Below are positions 25,936 to 39,112 of a stretch of DNA of 64,000 nucleotides, piece by piece. How positions within the stretch are numbered: position 1 is the stretch's first letter; each line of letters starts with the position of its first letter. The notes beneath the pieces are model-generated. The model did no database searches. It saw only the letters and a list, made by a program, of their open reading frames with translations, and had not been told where the DNA came from. The translations under genes and the position numbers were made by a program. The stretch spans positions 82,522,001 to 82,586,000 of the forward strand of contig OX597816.1 of NCBI GenBank assembly GCA_951406725.2. The letters are read 5' to 3'. This DNA comes from Octopus vulgaris. Taxonomy: Eukaryota.

Positions 25936-26688
25936 ATGTACGCGGTCGCACGCGAAGATGAACTGCCAAACTGACTAACCTTTTCTACAAGAAGATGAAA
26001 CTTTTAGTGGTGATCCACTTTGCCAAGAAGGGTTGTAAGACGGTTCAAGAATAGGAAATCGCTTGCTAAATCGAATCGTGATCGGTATCGATTCCCTCTG
26101 GAGTTAATTTGCTTCTTTGCCCCTCCGTTTCAAAAGTGTGAATGCTTCACACCAATTAAAAATGTAGACTTTTTTTTATCTACCATTAAACACATAGTCT
26201 GGCACTAACCAAAGAAATTTTCGGTTCTCTGGAGACAGGTTAGATTCAAGTAGTAGGAGAGGCATAACGTACATACTATAGTGACAAAATATATAATCAA
26301 TCAAAATTATACTCTTAAATACAGGTAGCTTTATCTCTCTCTCTGTAGTTGATAAATCCACACATGTATACCTTCATTATGCTAGTACATTTCTCGCAAA
26401 GCAGGATTATTTCATTTTTGTTGTGGTTTTTTTTTTTTACATTAGCACACATAATACTTGAAACCTTCCGACGAAGGGATATGAGAGTGTTTAATGTTTA
26501 TGTCTTTCTCAAGGGAATTAGTTATAAATTCTAATAAATGGAAATGTCTCTGACCGGACGTCTTACTTAACTGGGTCACAAACTCAGCGTGCATGGAATT
26601 AATTTTTACTTACTCCTACACTTGACACTGACGAGAGAGAAAAATTTGTAATTGTTTATTTTTGTCACTGAGTAACTAAGTACTAAAA

Positions 26689-27179
26689 CGGTAAATATTT
26701 CGTAAAGGACTCGTTCGTACCTCGGTGTGAAATAAGTTTTTCCACGGTTTTTTCAAGTGCATTCAACGTATCTGACCTCCAAACCCGCCGAAAGCCACTT
26801 TTTTCCCGGAAAAGAAAGGGGGAGGGTGGTGAGGACCTCGGAGTTTCCCCCACCAACGACGTTCTGTTTCGCAGATTTTTATTTTTCTTTTCCAGGTTAT
26901 TTCGCATACTTTCAACGGATGTGACATCGAAATCACGCGTAAACGGCTCCTTTCCCTAGAAAAGAAAGATTTGGCTGCTATTTCTAGCACGCCCTACTAC
27001 TATGTAACAGCTATTTGCGATAAAGGACCCACCGATATTTCGCTGTGAAATAATTTTTTGGCCCCTCCCCACTTTCTTTTCCAGGAAAAAGTGACTTGCG
27101 GCGAGTTTGGAAGTCAGATATGTTGAATGCACTCGAAAAAACCTATGGTACGAACGGGTCCTTTATGAAATATTTACCC
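26689..27179. mobile_element. MITE/foldback element with long (>100 bp) imperfect TIRs
   Basis: ggtaaatatttcgtaaaggactcgttcgtacc...gtgcattcaacgtatctgacctccaaac pairs with gtttggaagtcagatatgttgaatgcac...ggtacgaacgggtcctttatgaaatatttaccc. No clear TSD. Confidence 0.85.
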
Positions 27180-27199
27180 TTATTATTTATGAATAAAGT

Positions 27200-28682
27200 A
27201 TCAAGTTGGTATTGGTATATGAATTAAATATATTACTGCTAACATATTGTAACTGTGACTTCGCTGAGCTTTGGGACAGTGTTGTAATGTTTCTGAATGA
27301 GAAGCAGCTTGGAGAAGTAATCCTAGCAGCCAAATATGATATATTCTACCTTAGAGATATATTCTGAGAAGCTAATTTTGCAAAAACAAACAGCTACAAG
27401 GTAAAAATACAAATATTTTGATTTGCAAAGAGGCTATTAGTTCTTTCCTTGAACTTAATTTCTTCAGTATAAATACTGGGTGTAAGAAGCTGATGCATTT
27501 TTAACTCTTGCTACAATTGACGAGGAACTGCAAGAGAATGACATTTTAAGGTATATTGAGCAATTGAATAAATTGCACAATGATATGGAAATTAGGTTAA
27601 AAAAACCTCCTGGAAATGAATATTCCAAGTTAGAATGAATACCGAGCATGATCATTACCTGTGTCGCCTTACTGGCACTTGTGCTGGTGGCACACGAAAA
27701 AAACATTTGAGCGAGGTCGTTGCCAGTGCCGCTGGACTGGCTCCTGTGCATGTGGCACATAAAAAGCACCATTTGATTGTGGCTGCTGCCGGTACTGCCC
27801 GACTAGCCCTCGTGCCCGTGGCACGTAAAAGCACCCACTACATTCTTGGAGTGGTTGGCATTAGGAAGGGCATCCAGCTGTAGAAACTCTGACAGATCAG
27901 ATTGGAGTCTGGTGCAGCCATCTGGTTCGCCAGACCTCAGTCAAATCGTCCAACCCATGCTAGCATGGAAAGCGGACGTTAAATGATGATGATGATGAAA
28001 TGTAACTACAAGAAAAGCCACATTATGTTGCAGAATGATCAAACTGCTCAAATTAAATTTGATCATAGATTCAATAACTAATAGACAGCATGTGAATTTG
28101 CTATGAAATTTCCTTCATTGTCTTTCCTACATCTTACCTTGTTGGGCCAAGAAATTGTTTGTAGAGATGATCTTTAGTTGTCTGTAATAACTATGGACAC
28201 TGCTATTGAAAAACTTTTTTAGCCCAAAATTTCAAAATGCCGATTTTTGGCAATTTTCTGGAATCTCTGTATCCGAAGTCAGGGGATTTTGGAAAAAAAA
28301 ATATATATAGTAATAATAATAATTTGTGAAAAAATGGGGTGGGGATTGGAGGAAGTCTTTCCCAGATTACCTTTAAAAAAAAAGTTTCTTACAAATTTTT
28401 GTTCAAAAATCGTTTTCATTATATATTATCAATATTTATTTAAAGAAAATTTTATGATAATAAGCTAATTTTTAAAAAATTACTATCTAGAATTTCATGT
28501 TCATTTGATAAAGTTTACAAACTTTATTATATGAAGTTTTAAATTTTTTCAAAAGTGACCAGTTTCTACTATTAACCCATCCATTACAAAATTAAAGTAC
28601 TTTTTTCATGTCCTACAGTTCGCAGATAAATTAAAGATTCCAAGGAAGTGGGCATGTGCAAAAAAGTGTTGAGAAGCACTGG
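27200..28682 (+). mobile_element. hAT (Buster/Charlie, ZBED8/SCAND3-like) transposase relic interrupted by younger insertions
   Basis: KYDIFYLRDIF..LQGKNTNILICKEAISSFL..YIEQLNKLHNDMEIR, resuming after 27998 with LQNDQTAQIKF. hAT-like terminus gttgagaagcactg near 28681. Confidence 0.65.
27630..27998 (+). mobile_element. RTE-linked 3' module with three hairpin units
   Basis: Three gtggcac...aaaa motifs, ggagtggttggcattaggaagggcatcc, ccatgctagcatggaaagcggacgttaaa(tga)n. Confidence 0.9.
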
Positions 28683-29269
28683 TCTTGTATAAGACGATAA
28701 TGTGTGATTTAAGGGAAACTTAGCTGCTATTTCTAGCAAGTCGTGTGGGAAAGGTATGAGGTTGTGACGTTCATAACTTTCAAATGTATCAGTACAATAT
28801 AACTGAAGTGAAATGGATTGAAGCTGAAATAAAAACTAGCCTGTTGACTTAACTCACTAAGAACTTGCATCTTAAAGTGCTCACCAATCCTGTATTAGTG
28901 TACTATTTCTAATGTATTGGGTTGCTACTATTCAGCCCCATGTTAGCTTTAGGCAAACCAATGTTGACTATTCTGTTTTATTAGTGCCTTGGGTTTTTTT
29001 CCTTGGTGATTATAATTCTTTTATATTCTTTATAAACCCATTGGCTGCACAAGTATTATAGTAAGGATTTGTTTACTATGTAGGATTGCTAAAAAATCAC
29101 TGATTGTAACTCCATAGGACACATTTGTTTTGCACGTGAAATAATTGTAATTAACATGAATTATTTAAATTTTATTGCTTGATGGAACATAAGGTAGTAG
29201 CAGGTTTACAGAATCACTATGACATCAAACTATGTGGTTGACCAAGATACTCACATGAGCTGTGACCAA

Positions 29270-30290
29270 ATGAGGTTTATTTTTTAACACAGTCCTCCTT
29301 GAAGTCCTTACACTTCTTCCATCGGTTTTGGAGTGCTTGGATCCCATTGGTGAAAAAAGCTTTCATCCTCTTAGTCAAAAATGTATTCAACTGCAGATAT
29401 GATGTCATCACTGTGATACTGGTTCCCAGGCAAGCTATTTCATGTTGGCAAACAGATGATAGCCAGATGGAGCTAAATCTGAAGAAGAGGGAGGGTGATC
29501 AACCAGTTCAAAGCCATGGTCATGCACAGCAGCTACTGAAACGAAGGGCTTTGTGCTGGAGCATTTTTCCTGATAAAACAAGACCCTTTTTGTTAGTTTC
29601 CCTGGGCATTTGATTTTGATATTTTTTCGTAACTGCCTCAGCAAATTGACATACTCTTCATTGATATAGCCCTTTTGAAGATAGTCAATAAACACAATAC
29701 CTTTTGCATCCCCAAAAATCTGAGGCCATCACCTTCCCTGTAGATGAAATGACTTTGATCTTGTTTGGAGAAGGTGAGGAGGGCTATTTCCACTGCATGG
29801 TTGTCTCTTTGTCTCCATGTCAAAGTGATGAAACCAACGCTCATCCTGGCTTAGGAAATGTTTGAGGAAACCAGCTGGATCTACCTCAAGCACTGTCAGA
29901 TTTTCCCATGATGTGATCAACCTGGTGTGCTTTTGATTGGGTACCAGAAGATATGGAACCCACTGAACAGAAACCTTCATCATGCCAACTTCATTGTGAA
30001 AAATATTCTCAACTCTTTCACAGAATATGCTAATTAGCATTTTCTATTTGATTTATAGGCAATTGTGTCAGCATGAATGTTTTGAAGAGTAAACCCTTTC
30101 CCTGCAGGTACTTGATAGCACCATGTCATCAAATTTTGTCAATTTTCAAAAGAAGTCACTACTAGTTACCTTTGAAGTCTTCTTTGAACAGTCAGATGTT
30201 AGTTTACCTGGAGAGAAACAATGCAGTTATTAATAAGACTGAAATTAATGCATGCAAAATTTCACAGCCCTAGACACTGGCTTAGCTACA
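29270..30290 (-). mobile_element. Mariner element, frameshifted transposase pseudogene
   Basis: WVPYLL, FLSQDERWFHHFD, IDYLQKG and HPPSSSDLAPSGYHLF (YSPDLAPSD motif) across three frames. Confidence 0.9.
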
Positions 30291-30484
30291 ATGTGTGCTG
30301 CTTGGGGCAGCCCTTCCATTTACTGCCTCCAGTTCCCACAAAAACACATTGCCTACAGCAGACCCAAAAGTGCCACCCGGGGTGGACTGCCCTTACCTCC
30401 CTGTTAGTGGCCCTAGCATCACACCTTCATTGTCAGCATATGAATTTTCAACCTACCCTTGTAAATACCTTGTGATATTTAAAA

Positions 30485-31200
30485 TAATAATAATAATATT
30501 GATAATAATAATAATGAAATTATTGTATACAGTGCTCAGGTGCACCACAACTTGTCAAAAGTGCACTTAAAGCATATGCAGTAATGTACAAATGTCTGGA
30601 AAGTGAACAGTGTATGAGTCAGATACATGCTTGCCTGTGTATGGAGGGGAGAAAATCAGGTGTAGTGTTGGCGAATCTCAGGAAGCATGGAAGTTTTGAA
30701 GGATGCAGTGCTCTGACAACTAACAACTGATGCCGACAGTTTGTTCCATGCTTCAGCAACTCTTAGCGTGAAAAAATGTTTCTGAAAGTCATGGGAGCTG
30801 TGCTGTTTTCTGACTTTGTAAACATGTCCACGGGTGTAAGACAGATGGAGTTTGAAAAGGTGCTCAGAGTTATTGTTTGTAAGATGGTTAATAATTTTAT
30901 GGGTGTCTGCCAAGTCAGCTGCCAGAAGTTGGAGTTTCAATGTATCCATGCCCAGGGAAGTAAGGCGTTCAGAATATGGCAAATGCCTGATGGAGGGTAT
31001 TCTCTTGGTTGCATGTCGCTGAACGGCTTCCAGACGATTAATATCCTGAGCAAGGTAGAGGTTCCAGACTGGTGATGCAAATTCCAAGTGAGGTCACACC
31101 ATAGCTATGTAAAGCCGTAGATAGATAGCCGGAGAGCGGCTCACAAAGGACTTGGTGAGTGATGCCAAGACACCCTCAGCCTTCTTGGCAATTTTAGTCA
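30485..31200 (-). mobile_element. CR1-like LINE 3' end
   Basis: LEFASPVWNLYLAQDINRLEAVQRHATKRI..LPYSERL..L...TRGH..K...FFTLRVAEAWNKL, then 3'UTR and an (ATT)n tail. Confidence 0.92.
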
Positions 31201-31705
31201 CAGACCTTTTACGTTTTGAGTTCAAACCTTGCCAAGGATCTTTCTGCCTTTCTAGAATCAATAAAATAAAGTATAAAGTGCCCGTCAAGCACTAAATTTG
31301 GTTGTTCAATATTGATTTCTTACATTTTCAAAAGGCCACCAAAGCCAAAAATGTGTTGAGTAGATGTATAGTTGATTGACTGGCTATAATACAATGCTAG
31401 TATTTATTTTATGACCTGTAGTAGAATGGCAGGTGAAGTTACCCTTCTATGGGGTTGAATAATACACCTAAAAAGAAAAAACAAAACTTGAAAGACATCT
31501 AGTTAAGCAGTCTATTATTCATCATTCTATCCTCATGTGATTGGTGGTCTCAATTTTTATTTACTTTAACCCTTTTTATGTCAACCTACCCTCGATTCTA
31601 TGATACAGACTTTCCTGTTGAAGTGATCTGAAATAAAATCTTCCATTAAAATTTCATGTTTATCCGTCCGCCCGCCCATCTGTCTGCCTGTCTGTCCGTC
31701 CGTTT

Positions 31706-31935
31706 GAGGTGGCAAGCTGGCAGAATCGTTAGCACACCGGGTGAAATGCTTAGCAGTATTTCGTCTGTTGTTACATTCTGAGTTGAAATTCTGCCGAGGT
31801 CGACTTTGCCTTTCATCCTTTCGGAGTTGATGAATAAAGTACCAGTTTTGCACTGAGGTCGATGTAATCGACTTAATCCCTTTGTCTGTCTTTGTTGTCC
31901 CTCTATGTTTAGCCCCTTGTGGGCAATAATGAAAT
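31706..31935 (+). mobile_element. tRNA-derived SINE with a Meta-SINE-like core
   Basis: gctggcagaatcgttagcac...gagttgaaattc...gtcgactttgcctttcatcctttcggagttgatgaataaagtaccag. Older copies near 5915 and 48001. Confidence 0.82.
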
Positions 31936-32009
31936 ATCTATCTACCTGTTAATTAATAATGACAAAATAAGGGGACATTAAAATTTACATTAAAGAGCAG
32001 AATGTACAA

Positions 32010-32210
32010 TTTCCTGTAAGTCAGACTGCCTTGTGGTCCCAGCAGACAAAATGGAAAAGGTGTTGCCCCAGAGGATGGTGAGATAGAATGATGCACTGGA
32101 ACAGCTACTCTGACTCACAGGGTTTGAACTTGTGGGACAGCCATTTCCACGCCAATAGTGGTGAGCATGGATATGGTCTGGGTACTGAGAATGCTGGCTG
32201 TCTCCACAAA
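32010..32210 (-). mobile_element. CRE/RLE-type non-LTR C-terminal relic
   Basis: Degenerate LFQ....TILWGNTFSILSAG resembles the FQR.S.AI.RGNA terminal motif. Confidence 0.45.
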
Positions 32211-34999
32211 GTTATTTAAAAAAATTTTTCATAATTTTCAAAATTAATTGAAATGAAGGCACTATATTACAACAGAACCAAGTCCAAGAATAAAAAAAAA
32301 AATTAGTGTACGTTGATTACAATGAAAAGTTATGACCTAAACCCACAGCTATTTGAAAACCATAACTATTTACAGTTTTAGTTTATCCACACAGTAACAC
32401 TAAGTGGTTAAGTAGTATTTAATTTCCATTAGAAGTTTGACATTGTTCTTCATGTCATTGTAGTTATTAAAAAGTCCATATTCCATGTCACTTGTTGATA
32501 GGAAATATTGTGTCTATGGAAGTATTTGTGAGATTTTTATATGGTTAATCTGCAAGGTTGTTGAATCTAAGAAGATATATATTCTAGACCACTACATGAC
32601 TCTCTTCAAATTAACAAGGATGTCTCCACAATCACTTGATTAGCAAGAAATTTCTACTAATTCTTCCTGAAATATTATTACCCTACTGTCTTAAAAATGA
32701 ATAAATATATCAGATAAATTTAACCCAAATATCTGTGTGCTAATCAGAGTTAACCTGAGGTTTACCCAAAGTCATCCTTGAGGGACATGCAAAATAATAC
32801 TAATAATGTCTGTATCCTTATTTTAGTTTGCTTAAAATTTAATAGCGATTAGTCCTAATTCATGGTTCAGTAAGTAGCAGTAAGGAGAGTATCCACCTGT
32901 GGAAATTGCTACTCTGACAATTTTCCAATTTTGAAATTTGCAGAATTATACTACCCAAGTCAGTACTATAGAGAAAAAAAAAGATATAGATGTAAAGCTA
33001 TTTATCCTTTCAAGTATTTATATAGTAAGATTTCCAATGTTTGTGTTTTGTTTATTTTTTAATTTTATAGCTGTGATATATGTAGTTTGTCAAATTTGTA
33101 ATTATTTTTCTATTTTTTAAATATTTTTACACTTAAAGAATAATTACTACATAGATGAGAATAGACTTATGCAATTATAAATACCCTTGATCACTACAAT
33201 GTTAGGTGTTTAAGTGCTGGAAAAAGAGGTCAACTACATCATGAATCCAAAATAGATTACATGTGCTAAGAAAGCATGTTAAGTACCACTGTCTCGAAGT
33301 TAACTCAACCCCACCAACTGTAAAGTCTAATCATAGTCAGTCTCCTCTTTTAAATAGTTGAGAAAAACAGGGAGAGTTATTAATGTGCTGTTATGAATAA
33401 CATTTGACCTAATGCTTTTTCAGTGCATAGCTCTGTCTTTCTCACTGAAGATATGTTGATGAATGAGTTACTGAGTACAACTGTAATCTGTTGACCTATG
33501 TTTATCTTAACAAAGACCCTTTCATACCTTTTTAAGCAACCACTCCCTTGACACTATAAAAATCACCTACCCAGTGCCTTTGAAGCCTACCTTCATTATC
33601 ATCATCACCATCAACAACAATAACATTTAACATCCATTTTCCATGCTGGCATGGCTTTGATGGCTTAACAGGAACTGGCAAGGCCAGCAGTTGCACCAGG
33701 CTCTATAGTCTGTTTTTGCATGGTTTCTCCAGGTCAGCGCCCTTCCTAATGCCAACCACTTTACAGAGTGAACTGTGTGGATTAATTGACATAATTAAAG
33801 AATAATAAATTGAAATTGATTTTTGAATATATTGATTTCAAACAAAAGGTACAAAAGTGACCAAAATTAGAAATGTGTAAGGTTGATTTCATTGACTCCA
33901 ATACTAGGCTGTTATTTATTTCATTGAACCTGGAAGGATGAGGGGAAAAGTTAGACCTCAGCAAGATGTAACTAAACACCACAAGGCTCTTTGATACTGC
34001 CAGCTACTAATCTTTAATTTCTGAATATATTAAAATTCCAGATGATTTTTTTTAAGACAAGTAGCCATCCGAACCCTTGCCCAAGTTTATTGATATCTAA
34101 AATAAATATGATCAAATGAATTCTCTACATTTTGAATAAATTTCTTTATAATAATCTTCAGTTGGTTTGTGAATGCTGGTTATCTGACAATTACAGCATC
34201 CAAGCAATTTTAGAAGAAGCTTCATAAAGATGAGCAAAAAAAACACAAACAAAAAAAAAACAATTATAGAAGCAGAAATAAAAATTTTATTCTTACATAT
34301 TTATTTTTATTTTCTTGGAAAACATTTTTTTTCCAAAATGCTGTCCCAATTTATATAATTACTCTAAATGAATTATTTTTAAAGTCAGTAACTTTTATAG
34401 TCAGTCACTATTACAACATTTAGGATTATACAACATTCTTAGTTTTTTTTTTATTTCTTTTTCTGTTTGATGCTAAAAAGAGCAAATTTCAGAAAAAAGT
34501 TACATGGCCCATAACCTTTTATAATCTATACCCTTATGCAAAATTCCGGCTACCTTGGTACAAAATCGTGACCTACGACTTCATGTATACATACATTCAC
34601 CGTTAAATATTAAGATAATCAATGACTTATCCAAAGGTTAGTAGTCCTTGAACAGACTAAGATACCATATTTAACACTATTTCAGTCCAGTTTAATTAAT
34701 TTTAACCAAATCAATGAACTTGACTATGTGATACCAACTTTCCAAAGTCTAATAGTTATTTAGTGCCTATCTTGGATACTGTATTTAATAATTATCTCAT
34801 CATAATTCCTAAGCAATTAAAATATAATTGATTGACTTAAATCAGTGATAAATAGCTTACCAAAGTCTAGTAGTTGTATAACAATAGTTTTAAATGTCAC
34901 ACTTAGTCATTAGTAATGTAACTTTCAGTTAGTTTACATCACCCACACTCTTCTTTCTATGAATTAATTACCTTCTCACTGTCATCTCTAATAACTCAC

Positions 35000-35760
35000 A
35001 CTTCTCTGCAGTTGATGTCAGCCTTTATTCCTCTTTAACCTCCTTCCAGCAACCTAAGAAACCTTGTGTCAGTCTTGCTTCTATGACCAAAGATTTCAAT
35101 ATCTTGCAAGTAAAGCTGCCTTTAGACAATACATCTGGCATATTCACTACACAAATCAAAGGATCTTCTGGTGCCACATTTTCTGAAGACATTGACAGCA
35201 CTCAAAGCCTTCAAATGTACAGCAAATGCCAACTCCCACAACCTACTCTAATAATCTTGCATGTGAACATCATATATTTAAAGTAGGCATGCCAGTTTTC
35301 ATGCAGCAGGTATCTATGGGTGGTTTTTTTTCCTAGACATTCACATGTATAACATTGTCAAAACTGCATCACATAGACTAGACTTCTTGCAGCAGAAAAC
35401 AGTTCATCCATTGTCATTTGTTTTACCTTTACAAAACTGAAGTAAGAGCCACATTTGCATATTGTTGCCCACACCTGGAATGGTATTACTGTTACACACT
35501 TAAGTATCCTAGACAACACCCCCCTACAAAAAAAGACTGATCATCAAAGATTCATTCCTCAACATAGTACAAACTTTGACTCACAAGCATAATGTTTCTT
35601 TACTATTGCTAACCTTTGGAATTTCCTTCTCATCCACATTTTTTTTTCTGCAGACATTAACCTACAGGATGTTCAAACTGAATATCAGTCACATTAATTT
35701 CACCGATCTAGGTCCTCTAAAGGTCACAGGAACACTTCTTCCTTAGTGGCCACTCTGAAA
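35000..35760 (+). mobile_element. Highly decayed L2/Jockey-like LINE
   Basis: LYKTEVRATFAYCCPH resembles LYKAQVRP.LEYCSH. Similar to 11440-12390. Confidence 0.5.
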
Positions 35761-36603
35761 TATTTCTCTCAGACCATTTTGTTTAAATAATGCAAATTAC
35801 CCAGGCCATAATTGTATTCTTCCTTTTTTTTATTTATTTAAGTCTAAGTCTTTTAGCTTGGAGACAAGGTTGGACAAATGTTATGCTGATAATGCCCATT
35901 GAAGCAGAAACATATGTCCACAACTCTCTTTTTTTCAGACACTAAGCCTGTCCTTTTCCTTCATTGCTTGTCAGCTTTGGAGAATTCTTGTTTCTGGACC
36001 TAGTCTTAAATGCCATTTGGTAACTGTAATACATCCTCTGGAGGTAAAGATAATTTTAATAAATCAAAACTCAAGAATTTATATTGCATGCCATTTGATA
36101 CACTAGTATATGTCTATTTTATTGTTGTATAGTGAAACTGTATACCCCTCCCAGTAAAAAGTGGTAGGAAGGAGCCATTATAAATAGACTAGTAGCTGGT
36201 CAACACAAGGTCGAGAGTCAAAGAGTTGAGAGTTGACAGTTCTAGTTGGTATCTTGTGGAGCTATCAGCGATAGTAAAACAGAAGTTAGTGTATTACTAT
36301 TCTGGTATGAAGAGATACAACAGTATCCAATGACTAGTAACTACTGTGTAAAATAGTAACTACAGTACAAGGGCAGTCGTACATCACACCAGTGGGAGGA
36401 ACCAACTTTACAACAGTTATTTAAAAAAAAAAAACTATTTAACTATACTTAAATGAATTTATGGTAATTAATGAACTTGATCTAGTGTTAGTCTTTGATA
36501 CCATATTAACTGACTACTTCACCTATATCTTTCTCATGATGGCAAATGGCCTTGTTGAAATTATCTAAGTTTTCAAATTAAATGTCTGTGAGTAGAATCT
36601 TAC

Positions 36604-36780
36604 ATCAACAGATTCTCTAATCTGGAGTTGATGTCTTCCTTTAATGTGGTTGTATGGCACAAATAAGGTTGCTCTTGCCCCGAGATGCAACCAGCAACAG
36701 TATATCCAAACCTCAGTGACATCACTTCTTCCTTCCGGTTCCGATCCTTGGATAACCACACTAAAACTATAGCCTTCCAC
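36604..36780 (-). CDS. Candidate orphan internal coding exon (177 nt), product unidentified
   Basis: ttattcatag| acceptor, |GTAAGA donor, length a multiple of 3, higher GC than flanks. Open as VEGYSFSVVIQGSEPEGRSDVTEVWIYCCWLHLGARATLFVPYNHIKGRHQLQIRESVD, and also in a second frame. Confidence 0.4.
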
Positions 36781-37289
36781 CTATGAATAATGCAGTACTA
36801 TAGCTTTTTTTTGTTTTTTTAAAGCTAAATGTGCCCCAGTAAAAAAACTAGTACTCTATTCTCTGTTAATGTATTCCCACTATCTCCACAAATGTAGTAA
36901 CACTCACTTTTAAAGCTTCTTCTCTTAAGCTTATAAATTGCTGATGTAATATATCTCAATATTGATTTTTTTTTCTTTTTATATTTATTTTCTTATTGCC
37001 CAGATCTGCTCTGATCAAAGAGATCTATGATCAAAGTGGCTCCAACCATCTGTTGTCGTTCACTACTTCTGTGAAAAACTGTGCATCTAGGGTGTAATTT
37101 GAGGGAGATTTTGTTCCTATCAATGGCAGTTCGACTAACCTTGTAAAGCACTTACAAGGACCTATTTAGTAGTAGGAAATGATTGTGATAATGATGAAAG
37201 AATGAGGGAATAAATTAATTAATTATGAGTGCTATTAATAGTGTATCTGTGCTAGTCTCAGTTTCATACTTGTAAAAAGATTGGACATC

Positions 37290-38955
37290 TAGCTCAAAAA
37301 TTAACCAATGTGGACTATGCTGATAATTTAGCCTTGCTCTCTGACATGATATCAAACTCCACTCAACTGCTTCGTAGTCTAGAAATAGCTGCACATGATG
37401 TTGGACTTCTTGTTAATCCTAGTAAAACCAAATTCATTGCTCACTATCATCAAGGACTCGTCACCAACATCAACAGAGATCCCATCAATCAAGTTGATGA
37501 TTTCACATACCTCAGTTTTAAGACAGTCTCAACTGTAAAGGATGTTAAAACTCAGATAACCAAAGTATGGTTGGCCCTAAACAAACTGGGTGATATTATT
37601 TACATTTGATGGATATTTGTCCTCATCTTGTCTGTTGTTAACACAACGTTTTGGCTGATATACCCTCCAGCCTTCATCCATACAGTGTAAAGAGAGGGAT
37701 TGCTCAGTGCCTAAAACATCGAGCAAAGAATATAAGTTGCAATCATGATACCCACCATGAAGAAATGATCAAGCTAAGTAACAATCTATCAAGTAACAAC
37801 TACCTCAAAAGCATACTCTCCACTCCAGTTATGAAGAAAAGGGAGGATGAAACCAATAAACTACCCACAGTCTGTCTACCCGATGTGAAAGGCCTCTCCA
37901 AAAAGATACAAAAGATATGCGACCCATATGACATCAGGACAGTATTCAAGAATAATATAACACTTCGCAAGTATCTCCTTCGAATAAAACCACCAATAGA
38001 AGAGAATATGACCAAAGACTGCATGTACTCCATCCCATGCAGCTGTGGTAGGTTATACAAAGGTGAAACATGCTGCCCCTTCAAAATAAGGGTAGATGAA
38101 CATCCTGTGATATGAGGAGATATTGATAAATTGGGTATAGCTGATCATGTATGGAAAAATGGAGACTACCTCCTCCTGTGGGATGAAGTTAAAATAATAG
38201 ATAGAGAACACCACTGGAAAATGCAAAAACTAAAAGCAGCACATATGTTAGGACACAACAACCTCCTAAGCAGACCGAGTGCAGATATAAGTAGCATATG
38301 GGAACCGGTATTAAGAAAGGATAGGAAAATATTGGATTTATAAACCCTAAAATTCACTCCATAATTGCCCACAGACACCAGATGAAGGTTGGAGGGTATA
38401 TCAGCTGAAACATGTTAACAACAAACAAGATGAGGACAGATATTCGTCAAATGTAAATATCTTAAATATAGAACTGTATTAAACTGGGTGATGTTTGGAA
38501 ATCAGCCCTGACAGACAGGAATTTTCTCATGCAACAGAAGAGTCAGTCCTTTTATATGGAGCAACAACATGGAGACTTAGCAAAAAGACTGGAATCCAAG
38601 CTAGATGGGACTTACACTTGAATGTTAAGAGCAGTTTTAAATGTATCTTGAAGAAACTGTCCCACCAAGAAACAGCTGTATAGAGATCTCCTGCCTGTCT
38701 CCAACATTATAATGGATAGGCGCTTATGCTTTACAAGACATTGTTGGCAAGTTGAACAAAAACTGTTAAGTGACCTACTGCTATGGATGCCAAAGTATGG
38801 CTGTACTTGAGCTGGTCATCTGAACACAATATATGTAGATCAACTCACCAGAACCACTGGATGTCTCCCTGAAGACCTCCCTCGACTAATGCAGGACCGA
38901 GATGGATGGCATGTACAGGTCAAAAATGTCCAAGTAAGTTTGACCAGATGATAAT
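37290..38955 (+). mobile_element. RTE-like LINE 3' portion split by a Penelope insertion
   Basis: DYADNLALLSD..GLLVNPSKTKF..VDDFTYL, resuming after 38480 with ESVLLYGATTW and ending MQDRDGW. Confidence 0.82.
37595..38480 (+). mobile_element. Penelope-like element, 5'-truncated, with GIY-YIG endonuclease and inverted pLTR
   Basis: CMYSIPCSCGRLYKGETCCPFKIRVDEH (GIY-YIG type). 37598-37678 is an inverted copy of 38381-38458. TSD AAACTGGGTGAT at 37583-37594 and 38481-38492. Confidence 0.92.
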
Positions 38956-39112
38956 GATGTGCTAAGTCAAATGATGAATCTTTAAATTTTTACTAAGTCA
39001 TACAAAAGTGTACAACTTAATATTAAATTACCATTTTAATTATAAAACTTAAGCTATTTTTTTCACATAGATTTTTAGATATTTTGTCAGTGGAGAGTTT
39101 CAAATCTACTCA

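Noticed and set aside
27468-27625. Plus-strand host exon after ttcttcag
   Set aside because: The translation matches a decayed hAT transposase continuous with its flanks.
36123-36322. Solo LTR (TGTTG...CAACA with TATAAATAG)
   Set aside because: No TSD, PBS or PPT found; too weak to call.
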